Below are positions 1 through 12,554 of a stretch of 64,000 nt of DNA, piece by piece. Origin of the DNA: Octopus vulgaris (lineage: Eukaryota); NCBI GenBank assembly GCA_951406725.2, contig OX597823.1, positions 10,044,001 through 10,108,000 on the forward strand, read 5' to 3'. Below the pieces are notes generated by a model. It saw only the letters and a list, made by a program, of their open reading frames with translations. It was not told where the DNA came from and did no database searches. A program made the translations under genes and the position numbers. Position 1 is the stretch's first letter. The number at the start of each line of letters is the position of its first letter.

Positions 1-385
1 CCCGGCGTTGCTCGAGTTTGTAAGGGAAATAACTATATAAGCATTTTTAGAGATGTAAAGTATAATAGCCATCTCAATATGGCTAACCACAAGGGGGGCA
101 TGTTACTGTAGCTTTTTACGTTCTGAGATTTAATAATAAATTTTTAGAGTGTTACTTCCCTTATATATGCCAAAAATGCATTAAAAATGAGAAAAATTGA
201 TGGTAATTTTTTTTTTTTAATCGTAGACTCATCGTAGACGCGCGCTAATACCCAGAAAGGCTCGATATGAATCACGACTATAAGATACCCGGATTTGGTT
301 AAACTGCACCGCAAAATGTGGGAGTAGTTAGGAATCTAAATCGTAGGAGACAGACAGCACACAACCTCTCTTTTATATATAAAGA
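1..385 (-). mobile_element. Non-autonomous Helitron, family H1 (3' tip cut by window edge)
   Basis: On the minus strand it starts A|TCTTTATATATAAAA and runs to the GC hairpin at the window start; near-identical to four complete copies. Confidence 0.85.
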
Positions 386-551
386 TTTCTTGCCAATACA
401 GGAAGAGTCCTTTTGTAACCTAGATTCAAGGCTTCTCCATATGGAATTTCAACATCAACCACAGGGTATTTTTGTATGCATTTTTGTATGCAATATATAT
501 ATAGATACATAGCCTGCTCTCTTAGCCAGCGGGATGGCGTTATTTGAAGGC

Positions 552-1728
552 TAAAACTGAGAATGTGTGTGTCTGTCTGTCTGTTTGTCTGTGTGTTTCC
601 CTAAAACTTGAGAACTACACAACCAATTTCATTCAAATTTTACACATGCCTTACTTAGGGTCCGCGGAGTGTCATCGACAAAAGAAAATGTTCAACTTTT
701 TGTCTAGGGCGAGCCCACAGCAATATCATATCTTCTCCACTACGATTCCCTAAAACTTGAGAACTACACAACCAATTCCATTCAAATTTTACACATGCCT
801 TATTTAGGGTCCATGTAGCTTCATGGGCAAAAGAAATGTTCAACTTCTTGCCTAGAGCGAGCCCATAGCAATATCATATCTTCTCCACTATATCAGTAAT
901 ACGTGTTAAAAGTGAAACAAAAATATTTCTCTATTTTATGTCAGATACTTTCACATTAACAGTAAAAATAATAACAATTGAATTTTATGTAGTAAGTAAT
1001 AATTAAAATCAAGCTAAGTTTTATTTTTTAGTAACATAACAAAAGTAAAATTAGCAATTGGTATAAAATTGCATCAATGATTTGAACTTGAATAAGTGGT
1101 TTCACATGAATGGAAATAAATTAAAAATAAAATTAGGGTGCAGAAATGGAATAGTCCAGATGGATAATAAAAAATTGAATTAAAGAAAATACTATTGTCT
1201 ATAAAGTATACAATGTAGAGAAAAAAAAAAAGATTTGAACACATGGAGGAAAGCACCTTCGAAAAGTGTCTTGGTGCGACTATGAAAGATATCTAATCAG
1301 AGGCGGTAAATTCGCCACAATAGAAGCAAGGTCGAGTCAACGGAGCGTGCAAGGAGGTACTCGACTCGAACTTGCAAAGTGGAAATATTTTATTTCTTAC
1401 CTTTATATCTGGGACGTAGGACGTCCCGCCAAAAAATTTTATACCCCCCCCCCCACCGAAGTAGAGGTAGGCTGGATTGTAGCCACACTTCTATACAAGA
1501 GGGAGGACAAGATACAATTAATCGAAATTACAAGAGACGGGCTAACAATTCCTGTCTGTTATATATTTTGAGTATTGTTATCACTAGCGGATCAAGATAT
1601 AACTTTGTATTTTGTATTTTATGTGTAGATGTATATATATAGATGTACATGTATTATGTACACATATATATACACATATATACATGCACTAGCACTATGA
1701 CCCGGCAACGACGGGTCTTTAATGCTAG
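552..1728 (+). mobile_element. Non-autonomous Helitron, family H2 (5' end replaced), with internal ~150-bp tandem duplication (597-742 / 747-890)
   Basis: (GTCT)n/GTGT leader typical of non-autonomous Helitrons; 3' hairpin GACCCG-gcaacga-CGGGTC (1699-1717) followed by CTAG|T at 1725-1728. Continuity across the middle is inferred. Confidence 0.6.
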
Positions 1729-1740
1729 TATATATATATA

Positions 1741-3064
1741 TAAACTTAGATAAAATTAGATATGTTTCGACGAATGATTGGTCCAGGCCATGTCTAACTT
1801 AATAGCACTACCTGATAGGATTATTTAAATCCTGTTTAAGTCAAGTCTTGTTTATGGTCCATTCAAGTAGTGAGTTTTTGTTGGATGAGTTGTATCCAAT
1901 TATGGGTGGCTTATCTGGTATTCCTTGAAGGAATCTATCCAGACTCCGTTTAAAGTTGGTAGGATCCTGTTCCTCTTTGATCTCTTTCGGGACAATGTTA
2001 AATAGGGCAGGGCCTGTTGAGGAATAGAAATTATGTTCCAGTGTACATGTATGCTGTGATCTTGAATTGGGCAGGGCACGTATGGCCCGTGGTCCCAGTC
2101 TTGGATGAACCTTGAAGCTAATGTTCAGGTCGTTTGGGCAAAGTTGGCGGTATATTCTCCACATCGTACAAATGATGTACCGCTCACGGCGACGCTGGAG
2201 AGAGTAGAGTTTCAAGGCTTTAAGGCGATCCCAATAATCGAGAGCAGCCATGCCTTCAATTCGTTTAGTGAATGCCCTCTGGGGTGATTCAATCCTCGAG
2301 ATGTTTTTCTTGTATGGGGAGACCACAGTGGGCAGCAGTATTCGATGTGTGGCCGTACAAAGGAGGAGAAAAGTGGTATGATGACACCTTGTTCTCTGGA
2401 CCGGAAAGTTCTTAAGATCCAGGAACTCATCCTACAAGCTATATCGACCTTCTTGTTGATGTGTGCACTCCAACTGAGATCGTCATCAACAAGTACACCC
2501 AGGTCTCTGATATTGTTAGAGGCTGTGAGCGGTTCCCCTGAAGGAAGAGAGTATGGCTGTTTTAGTGAGGAATTTCTTCCAAAATGCATCAGCTCAAATT
2601 TTCCCTCGTTCAGTTGCATTTTGTTTCTGTCTGCCCATTGACTCACAGCATATAGATCAGACTGGAGTTGAGTTCGGTCTGCTTCTTCATTGACGATTTG
2701 CTGGAGCTTAGTGTCATCAGCAACTGCTTTCACTTTGCAGTAATGTACGACACTGGAAAGGTCGTTTATGTAGATTATGAAGAGTAGCGGATCCAAGACA
2801 GTCCCCTGGGGGACACCGCTGGTGACTTTTGCTGGGCTTTAGTGGACTCCATCAAGTACATGTTGTGTTCTATTCGCCAGGAAATACTTGATCCAGTGTA
2901 GAACTTTTCCACGGATTCCAACATTTGCCAATTTTGAGAGTAGGATATTATGGTCTACCCTGTCGAACGCTTTACTGAAATCAAGGTATATGACATCAGA
3001 GTTCAAACCTGTTCCCAAGGCTTTGAGTACATCTTTGAGTACATCAATGTGGTGTAAGAGCTGT
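1741..3064 (-). mobile_element. 5'-truncated CR1/L2-group LINE; RT and C-terminal region, frameshifted
   Basis: ORFs 2212-2796 and 1841-2326: PLLFIIYINDL, VADDTK (YADD-like), RDLGV, RPHIEYCCPLWSP, QRAFTKRIEG, LYSLQRRRERY. Upstream sequence encodes [13 protein letters not shown]. Confidence 0.9.
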
Positions 3065-3158
3065 GATATATATATATAGATATATATATATAAATGTATG
3101 CATATATATATACATATGTATATACGTATATATATATATATGTGTGTGTGTGTGTATG

Positions 3159-3214
<56 letters not shown>

Positions 3215-3215
<1 letters not shown>

Positions 3216-3385
3216 TTTATTTAAAGCAGCAGAAAATTCAACAAAACCTGTTACTCTGAGTTTCACACTCAGAGTAACAGGTTTTGTTGAATTTTCTGCT
3301 GCTTTAAATAAAGCATATTACTCTACCACTGGTATTTGAGTACTCTTTTTTCCACCTTGTTTCACATTTATGTGTTTACTCCGGT
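3215..3385 (+). repeat. Penelope-type short repeat P1 with 47-bp fold-back
   Basis: Perfect inverted arms 3215-3261 / 3267-3313; same sequence as 10234-10356; flanked by (TA)n. Confidence 0.75.
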
Positions 3386-3926
3386 ATATATATATATATA
3401 TATATATACGTGTGTGTGTGTAATGAAACTTTCAACTTTAGATTGAGCTATAAAACGCTATAAAACCATTCTGTTACCAAGGGAAGCTGCATTATATAAA
3501 ACCAACAGAGTAACTCATTTTCCAAAATTATAATACATTGCAGTTATAAATAGCTAAATAATCTCATTCTAACTCCGAACTTCACTCCTTATTTCTCCCT
3601 CTCGCTCTGTCTCTCAGTTTCTTCTCCACCTCTCTCTCATTTTTTGTCATCACTTTCCCCTCATTTTCCTATCACTTTCCCTCTTTGCATATGTAAATAC
3701 CATAGTGCTTTTCTCTGAATATCTTCCGAACTAAATGTTGTAAATATTCGCAACGATCTCAGTTTTTGTCTTTGCTCAGAGGTGGAAAACAATTGTTTAT
3801 ATTCATCTGTTGTATTATATTGACCACCACAGTGATGGCAAATATTCTAATATTGTAATGTTCAAATTTTCATCTATGTAAATATTTGCATTGATATATT
3901 ATATATACATACGTACATACATACAT

Positions 3927-4015
<89 letters not shown>

Positions 4016-4017
4016 TA

Positions 4018-4190
4018 TCAGGTGACCAGCAATGGAATAAAAACCTTCAAAGGTACTAATTATTATCAAAATTATAATTTAGGGTATCTTAGAGATACCA
4101 CCACGCTGGAAATAGCACTCAAAACTTGACTCTAAAATCACGCTATTTTCAGTGTGGTGGTATCTCTTAAATACCCTAAATTATAATTTT
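4018..4190. repeat. Short inverted-repeat element between (TA)n tracts
   Basis: 49-bp arms 4068-4116 / 4142-4190 with about 4 mismatches. Confidence 0.65.
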
Positions 4191-4222
4191 ATATATATAT
4201 ACATATATATATATATACATAC

Positions 4223-4299
<77 letters not shown>

Positions 4300-5095
4300 A
4301 AGTAAGATAGGGGTTATGTGTGCAACCCACTATGGGATATCATTTAGTGTGTGTATATACATATTTATATTATATGCATGTCCTCATATACAAATGAAAG
4401 TATGTGTGTATATATATGTGTGTATGTATTTATGCATGTATACATGTACCTAAGTATGTGTGTATGTATGTACGTACACACACACACAGTTTTACATATA
4501 TAAGTGTGTGTCTATTAATATATCTTTCTATCCATCTCGCGTATATTGAAGACAGACAATGTACGTTTGGAGCATAAATATTTAACAACTAGATAATTAA
4601 TTGAATGACAATTAGTGTTGTAGCGAACTACAATTTGCTAAGGCGTGAAAATAATTAGGCCATCAGTAGTCGATCAACGCACCATGTTTGACACCTTCAC
4701 ACAATAACCCTTACACATGTACATACATGCATGCAACATGTATGTGTGCGTGTATGTGTATATACGCACATACACACATATATCGGATACATATGCCTGT
4801 ATGCCTATACATATTCAAGTATACATACATATATATATATTGCTCTTTTTGTGTACTTATATATGGAAACACTCAAACATTAAATCGATGGAGAACTCAA
4901 TACTAGTATATATATATTTATTTGAAGAAGATAAGGTTTTAAGTGAATTTAAGTTTCTTACTACTGTCGAGCTTCCGTCATTTTGCTGGGACTTAATTCA
5001 CATCTTCTAATCTAATTTTTAATTAACGTATTTTTCTTCAAGCGTTAGGGTGTTCATGGTGACACAGGACCGATGTTTATAAACGCTTGACATAA

Positions 5096-5327
5096 GGCGG
5101 CGAGCTGGCAGAAACGTTAGCGCCCCGGGTGGAATGCTTAGTGGTATTTCGTCTGTCGTTACGTTCTGAGTTCAAATTCCGCCGAGGTCGACTTCGCCTT
5201 TCATCCTTTCGGGGTCGATAAATTAAGTACCAGTTTCGCACTAGGGTCGATGTAATCGACTTAATCCTTTTGTCTGTCCTTGTTTGTCCCCTCTATGTTT
5301 AACCCCTTGTGGGTAGTAAATAAATAT
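5096..5327 (+). mobile_element. tRNA-derived SINE family B
   Basis: GGCGGCGAGCTGGCAGAA head, B-box GAGTTCAAATTCC, core GCCTTTCATCCTTTCGGGGTCGATAAATTAAGTACCAG; many copies in the window. Confidence 0.9.
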
Positions 5328-5579
5328 ATACAAAGAAGAAAAGTTGCTGTCAATATTCTTTCCTTACTACCCCCACCCATGGACGTATATTTTCTATAAT
5401 TTCCTCTCCACCTTTTTCTTATAAAACCACTCCTATTTTTTCACTACAAATTCACTTATACCACACCAAATAGTTACGTGCATGTTTTCAACCACCAGAT
5501 AAATCTCCAAATATATATTTATAAAATTTAAGATTTCCAAACCAACTAAACCAAGCCAAACACATTGTGTGATATATAT

Positions 5580-5770
5580 GTATATATATAAATTTATATG
5601 GCTATTTCTGTCCGTTATTCGTCTGTCTGTTACCATCTTACTGCGCAAATCAGGGAACCAATCTTCACAAAACTTTGTACACATATTGAACTAACATCCA
5701 GTTCAATTATATGCTAATTGTATTTCAATAAAAATCTATAATGGATCGGCTACGTAGGTTGGGCTATTAC
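5580..5770 (+). mobile_element. Degenerate Helitron-like 5' fragment
   Basis: TATATATAAA...GTCTGTCTG...AACCAATCTTCACAAAACTTTGTACACAT resembles the H2 leader (AACCAATTTCATTCAAATTTTACACAT). Confidence 0.35.
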
Positions 5771-6362
5771 ATGATAAAGATAAAATGAGAGGGTTGCAAA
5801 TGTGTTTGGTTCAGAGAAATGTAGCATAATGAGGGTCGCCGATATCAGGGGAAGCGAGGAGACAAGAAGAGATAAACAAACAAGTAATGTGAGAGACATA
5901 CAGAGTGAACGACAGACAGGGACACTACCGTATATATAAAAGACAGTTTGTTTGTATGTGTGTGTGTTCGTGTGCGCACGTATCTTCCTTCTGCTTCCGA
6001 AAACTGAGTTGCCGATTTTCGTTTATGGATACGAAAGATTCAGTAATCTTACGACTACCGAATAAACTTTATTTTCATTTACATATTTGCATTACAAACA
6101 TTTTACATTACAATCTTTTCTATAAGTCAACTATCGTAAACATTTTATACCTCGACGACAACGACGACAACGTTACATTTTCTATATGAATATGTACCTT
6201 AAAAGACATATATTTCTCTATACGTTGTAACGAAATACAATCAGTCACTCTCTCTCTCTCACATGCTTTCGGACACTCACAAATATATACAAAACGATGT
6301 ATGTATATATAGACCTTGTATACGGGTCACTGTTTAGATAAGTATGCCTGTGTGTATATGTA

Positions 6363-6438
<76 letters not shown>

Positions 6439-6886
6439 GGGGGGGTGCTTAAGCTTACGTTGCAAAGTACACATAATAAATATGTGATGTCATTAATTTA
6501 TAATTGCAAGCAAATGCACAGAAAACTCTACTGATCACTGATATTAATATTAATTGAAACTTGGCAGACTACATATAAATAATGCTTCAGTTTTATATAC
6601 ACCGCCATATTCCATAATCTGCTTCACAATAGGCTATCTTCACCTAATAGTAATACATATCTTTTGTCATGAAATATCACACCCTGTTGCTAAAACTGCT
6701 ATGCTGACTGCTACTTTTCCTATATTAACTATTGAACAGTCAATGATAACAAAGCATTGTGTTTTGTTGCCTTATAACAATACATCGAGGAAATCGCACA
6801 ATAAAACTAATATTGTATTATTTTCATATTCATATTGAGATCAGATAAACACATAATAATGTACGTATATACATACATATACGCAC

Positions 6887-6971
<85 letters not shown>

Positions 6972-7070
6972 TATATATGTGTATTCCTGTATAATAGTTT
7001 TTGCAGGTATGCAGATCATATTTATTTAAATATTGAGCATGTTCTATGCATAAATGTTGTATATGTGTAG

Positions 7071-7136
<66 letters not shown>

Positions 7137-7220
7137 ATATATTTCTGTATGTACACATATCACAAACAAACATACATAAACTCATACATATTCATATATA
7201 AATATATATGTGTGTATGTA

Positions 7221-8028
7221 GAGGAGTTGAACAAAATAATAGAAACACCTTAAAATTTGAAACAAATTTATTCTAAATTGGAGTAGGACCGCCTTTGGCA
7301 GTAATTACAGTTTGAATTCTATGAGGTATGAACTCCGACAAAGTTTGAATTGTTTCCAAAGGAATGTTTGTCCATTCTTCAGCTAAAACAGTCTCCGGTT
7401 CTTGTAGTGATGATGGTGGATGATATCGACTCCTTGTTTTTCTAAAATGTACCATAAATGTTCAATAATATTGAGATCTGGGGACGGCGCTGGCCAGATA
7501 AGATATTCAACTTCACGAGAATGTTCCTCGTGCCATTCAGTAACAACTTCAGCTGTGTGATTTAGTGCATTATCATACTGAAAGATTGCGTTTCTCTGCA
7601 GAAGCAGTTCCGCAACCATAGGATGAATTTGGTAAGATAAAACGCTTAAATAGTCTTGAATATTAATTCTGTCATGAAGGGATCCCATTGGGCCAGCGGA
7701 TTTCCATGATATAACCCCCACCCCAGATTATCACAGATCATCCTCCATGTTTAACACTTGGATCTAATGCATCATTTGGCTGTTTTCAAACGTATACTCG
7801 GCCGTTGGTCGGAAATATAGTAAATGTTGACTCGTCCGAGAAAATAACACTCTTCCACTGCTCTGGGGACCAATTCTGTAGGCTTTTACTCCACTTTGAA
7901 CGCTTTGCAACGTATATTTTTAAAAGTAGTGGGTTTCCGATTGCAGCATTCGCGTGAGATCCGGCTTTGTGCAGCTCCCAGCAAACAGTTTTTATGGAAA
8001 CTGGGTTCGCGAGGTGGTCATTAAGCTC
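7221..8028 (-). mobile_element. Tc1-family transposase remnant with one TIR
   Basis: FQYDNALNHTA, WPAPSPDLNIIEHLW, AKGGPT; TA followed by GAGGAGTTGAACAAAATAATAGAAACAC terminus. Confidence 0.88.
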
Positions 8029-8059
8029 ACACTACTTGTGACATTTTATCGATGTATGA

Positions 8060-8255
8060 ATAGGCCCGAAATTTTGGGGGAGGAGGTCAGTGGATTAGAT
8101 CGACCCCAGTACATAACTTGTACTTAATTTATCAACTCCCGAAAGGATGAAAGGCAAAGTCGACCCCGTCGGAATTTGAACTCAGAACGTAGCGGTAGAC
8201 GAAAAACGCTAAGCATTTCGCTCGGCGTGCTAACGTTTCTGCCAGCTCGCCACCT
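8060..8255 (-). mobile_element. SINE family B (older-type tail)
   Basis: Reverse complement of SINE B head and core. Confidence 0.85.
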
Positions 8256-8884
8256 TGGATATAGGAATATAATGTGTCATTAGAGCTTAAACTTTCCTGC
8301 TTGAATAAATATTTAAAAGAAGAATCGTAGAGACCCCGTGAAATCAATAATATTAATTTTACTCAACTATACATATAGAGGCCCTTCCTAGGTAATGGAT
8401 TTGTTTTCTCCAAGTTGATCGATAATAGCAAATAATACTCGCATACGCATACACACATAGACTTGTACACTATTTGTATTCATGCGTAATATATATGTGT
8501 GAGAGATGCGTTTGTTATTGGGGGGGTGTGTGTATATATATAAATTTTATGTTGATAAATATATTTTGAAAGTGAGAGAGGGTTCGAGAGAGAGAGAGAG
8601 ACACACACACAGACAAGGAGAGAGGGAAGTGAGAGGAATAGCGACAGACAGACTGGGGGAAGTAGAATATTTTGTCTGACAATTATTGAGCGCTTCTAAT
8701 AAAATTGAGAATAAGTTTTACACTGGAGAAATGTCGAGACACAGATACATAGACACACAAACATGCATATACACAAAATCTTGCACATAGAAATATATAC
8801 ATCCTAACTATACACAATGACACATGCATAATACGTAGACACATACAAACACACAAAAACACGGCAGATGCATATTATAAAATA

Positions 8885-9281
8885 CTAGCAGTATCGCCCG
8901 GCGTTGCTCGGGTTTGTAAGGGAAATAACTATATAAGCATTTTTAGAGATGTAAAGTATAATAGCCATCTCAATATGGCTAACCACAAAGAGGGGTGGGG
9001 TACTGTAGCTTTTTACGTTCTGAGATTTAATGATAAATTTTTAGAGAGTTACTTCCCTTATATATGCCAAAAATGCATTAAAAATGGGAAAAATTGATGG
9101 TAAATTTTTTTTTAAATCGTAGACTCATCGTAAACGCGCGCTAATACCCAGAAGGGCTCGATATGAATCACAACTATAAGATACCCGGTTTTGGTTAAAC
9201 TGCACCGCAAAATGTGGGAGTAGTTAGGAATCTAAATCGTAGGAGACAGACAGCACACAACCTGACTTTTATATATAAAGA
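8885..9281 (-). mobile_element. Non-autonomous Helitron H1, complete
   Basis: Minus strand A|TC...CCCGAGCAACGCCGGG-cgatactg-CTAG|T; no TSD. Confidence 0.9.
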
Positions 9282-9526
9282 TATAAATTCAAATTATCTT
9301 CCTTCTGTTTTGCACCGAGGACTAGAAAGACAACGATGATATAACTGTCTTCAAATTAACAACTATTGTTGAAAGCTTCAGTTTCGTCTGCTCTCATTAA
9401 CTAGTTCCATAATTGCAACACTGAGACACTGAAATAATTATTAAATGTTTTTCTATGAATATCTGATTTATCTATTAAACATGTAAAAACGCATATAGAA
9501 ATAATCATGTGTCTTTGTGTTTGAGT

Positions 9527-9587
<61 letters not shown>

Positions 9588-9669
9588 GTGTGATTTATCC
9601 TTAAATAAATGCATATATATACTTGTACAATATGCCTTTATATAAGTGTGCATGCATGCATGGACATAA

Positions 9670-9741
<72 letters not shown>

Positions 9742-9804
9742 GTGTTTCTGAATGATGTATGTATATATGTATTTATATATATATATATGTTTGTGTGCAT
9801 ACTA

Positions 9805-10201
9805 TTTACTTTTTTCAGTCATGTGACTGTGGCCATGCTGGAGAACCGCCTTAAGTCGAGCAACTCGACCCCAGGACTTATTCTTTGTAAGCCTAGTACT
9901 TACCCTATCGGTCTCTTTTGCCGAACCGCTAGGTTACGGGAAGGTAAATACACTAGCATCGGTTGTCAAGCGATGTTGGTGGGGGAGAAACACAGACACA
10001 CACACACACACAGACACACACATATATATATATATATATTCGACAGGCTTCTTTCAGTTTCTGTCTACCAAATCCAATCACAAGGCTTTTGTCGGCCCGA
10101 GACTACAGTAGAATACACTTGCCCAAGGTGCCAAGTAGGGGGACTGAACTCGGAACCATGTGGTTGCTAAGCAAGCTACTTACCACGCAGTCACTCCCGC
10201 G

Positions 10202-10203
<2 letters not shown>
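9805..10203 (-). mobile_element. tRNA-derived SINE family A
   Basis: Reverse complement of the GGCGCAGGAGTGGCTGTGTGGTAAG-type head, CCTTGGGCAAGT motif, internal (TA)/(TG) tract and 3' tail. Confidence 0.9.
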
Positions 10204-10233
<30 letters not shown>

Positions 10234-10235
<2 letters not shown>

Positions 10236-10380
10236 GGAGTAAACACATAAATGTGAAACAAGGTGGAAAAAAGAGTACTCAAATACCAGTGGTAGAGTAA
10301 TATGCTTTATTTAAAGCAGCAGAAAATTCAACAAAACCTGTTACTCTGAGTTTCCCGTTGCCGTTCATCGGACAGTTTCT
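10234..10380 (-). repeat. Penelope-type short repeat P1 carrying an HHR motif
   Basis: Matches 3215-3385; sits in (TA)n. Confidence 0.75.
10338..10375 (-). ncRNA. Minimal type-I hammerhead ribozyme motif (variant core CCGAUGA)
   Basis: Minus strand: CUGU CCGAUGA ACG GCAA CGG GAAA CUC A GAG UA ACAG; stems I, II and III with a GUA cleavage triplet. Confidence 0.65.
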
Positions 10381-10408
10381 GTATATGTATGAATATATGT
10401 ATATCTAC

Positions 10409-10466
<58 letters not shown>

Positions 10467-11743
10467 GTGTGTGTGTGTACATTTGAATATGTATATATAT
10501 ATCCGTACGTAAGTATGTATATATATATAACGACAAGTACACCCACACACATAGAAGCACTTATAATATATCCACGATTGCACCTTTAAACAGGTTCCGC
10601 TGCAATTATTGATAAGTGTTCAATAAAATCATTTTATTATTGTCATTATTTTTTTAGCATTATTTATGATCGTTCTTATCGTCATCATCGTGACCACCGC
10701 CATCAGCAGCAGCAGCAGCAATAGCAGCAGCAGCAGTATTAGTAGTAGTAGTAGTAGTAGTCCATTCTCAAGTACATTTTTATAGATTTCCTATAATTTT
10801 TCTCTGAACTTGCTCCCATTTTGATGTGTTGCCAGGACCTACTTCCATCTCTGCGTAGAGAAAAGTAAGCCTCCTATGTAGCCTTGATAAATACATTTGG
10901 CACGTTTGTTGTTTTTGTTACCCCAAATCAGCTCTGTTTGAGAAAACCCTTGATTGGAAACGATCACGCTTTGATTATCCCATCGGTTTCTTCAAGCATA
11001 GGACTTTATTACTGAACGCGTTACGTTTGCTCTTTTAACGGCAGTTCATTATTCGTGGAAGACTTGGCTGCTATTTCTAGCAGTATGATTGATCACAATG
11101 AATCGACCACGTTGACCAGCGTGGGAGGCATAAAACAATAACCGATTGTTAATAAAATGTGTGAAGCGGGTCAAAGAAATCGATATTGCTTTCTCTATTC
11201 TCCTTAGTGTTTCTGTTTATGTCAATCAGCTCCTACTAGAGACTCGAGAAAGTGTGTGGTTGGATTTTAAAACTTGCGGCAACTAATTTCGCTTCTGCCT
11301 TACATGTTTAATGTGTTGTATGCGGGCATTTAATACATGAATTGCTGGCCTCCCGGATGTTGAAACAAATGTCGTGGCGGTCAATTAATCGGCTGCAAAG
11401 TTTAATGATTAAATAGAAAGTTATTGTCCTGGCTCAGAGCCTATGTGTTGCAGGATAGGTGTGTGTCTCTCTTTCTGTGAGTATTTGCTTTTATTGTCTT
11501 CAACAGCCATTTTGTTACGCTTTACTTTTATTTGTGTACATATGGTAAAAAAAACAATGAAGAATAGTTCGTGGTTTCAAATTTCAAATTTCAAAGTTCT
11601 CTGGTGCTTTGGAAATTTTCAAATAAATTCCTTCCCTAGGGGTCCAGAGGTGGTACATTGTTAGAATAGTTAGTTCGACGATGAAGTGCATTGTGGAATT
11701 TAAGTTCCGGATGTTCAGTTTGGGTGTTCAAATACCGCTGATG

Positions 11744-11817
11744 TCAACTCGGTTCTTCCTTCCGGTCATCGTAGTCGTGTGAAGAGAAACGGAGATTGAG
11801 CGAGAATGCAGCCAATC
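11744..11817 (-). CDS. Candidate terminal coding exon of an unidentified host gene ((G)LAAFSLNLRFSSHDYDDRKEEPS*; reading frame uncertain)
   Basis: Strong acceptor TTTTTTTGTTTTGTAG|G; unique, higher-complexity sequence; AATAAA at 11527-11532 and 11490-11495 (minus). No homology recognised. Confidence 0.3.
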
Positions 11818-11879
11818 CTACAAAACAAAAAAAATGGACAGCTGAAGGCCATGTGTGAGTCATCGTTCCCAATGGAGGT

Positions 11880-12400
11880 CGAAGGAGAAGAAGAGGAAGG
11901 GGAGGAAGAAGAAGAAGAAGAAGAAGAAGAAGGAGGAGGACGACGACGACGACGACGAGGAAGACGAGGGGAAGAGGAAGATGACGAAGGTGGAGGAGGA
12001 GGAGAGGAAGAAGAAGGAGAAGAAGAGCGTGAAGGAGGAGGAGGGGAAAGAGGTGGTGGAGGGGAGGAGAGAATGAAAAAAGAAGAAGAAGAAGAAGAAG
12101 AAGAAGGTGAGGAGAAGGACGAGGGGAAGAGGAAGATGACGAAGGTGGAGGAGGAGGAGGAGTGGAAAGAGATGGTGGAGGGGAGGAGGTAATGAGGAAG
12201 AAAAAGAAAAAGAAGAAGGAAGTGAGGAGAAGGACGAGGGGAAGAGGAAGAAGACGAAGGTGGAGGAGGAGAAGGGGAAAGAGATGGTGGAGGGGAGGAG
12301 GGAATGAAGAAGAAGAAGAAGGAGAAGAAGGAAGTGAGGAGAAGGACGAGGGGAAGAAGAAGAACAACAACAACAACACCAGCAACAACAACAACAAATA
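11880..12400. repeat. GA-rich low-complexity tract / minisatellite
   Basis: Recurrent unit GAGGAGAAGGACGAGGGGAAGAGGAAGATGACGAAGGTGGAGG within (GAA)/(GGA) runs. Confidence 0.85.
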
Positions 12401-12554
12401 CAGAGTGATGAACAAGTCCTTATTTAGAAAATATAATCGGTATGGTGGCAACGGTTTTTGTGGTTGTGATTTGTTGAGGAGAAAATTATAAACATTGTGT
12501 ATTATTACAAGTGTCAGGCGTACGGTGACGTGAAACTCTGAGAAGACTTTTTCA

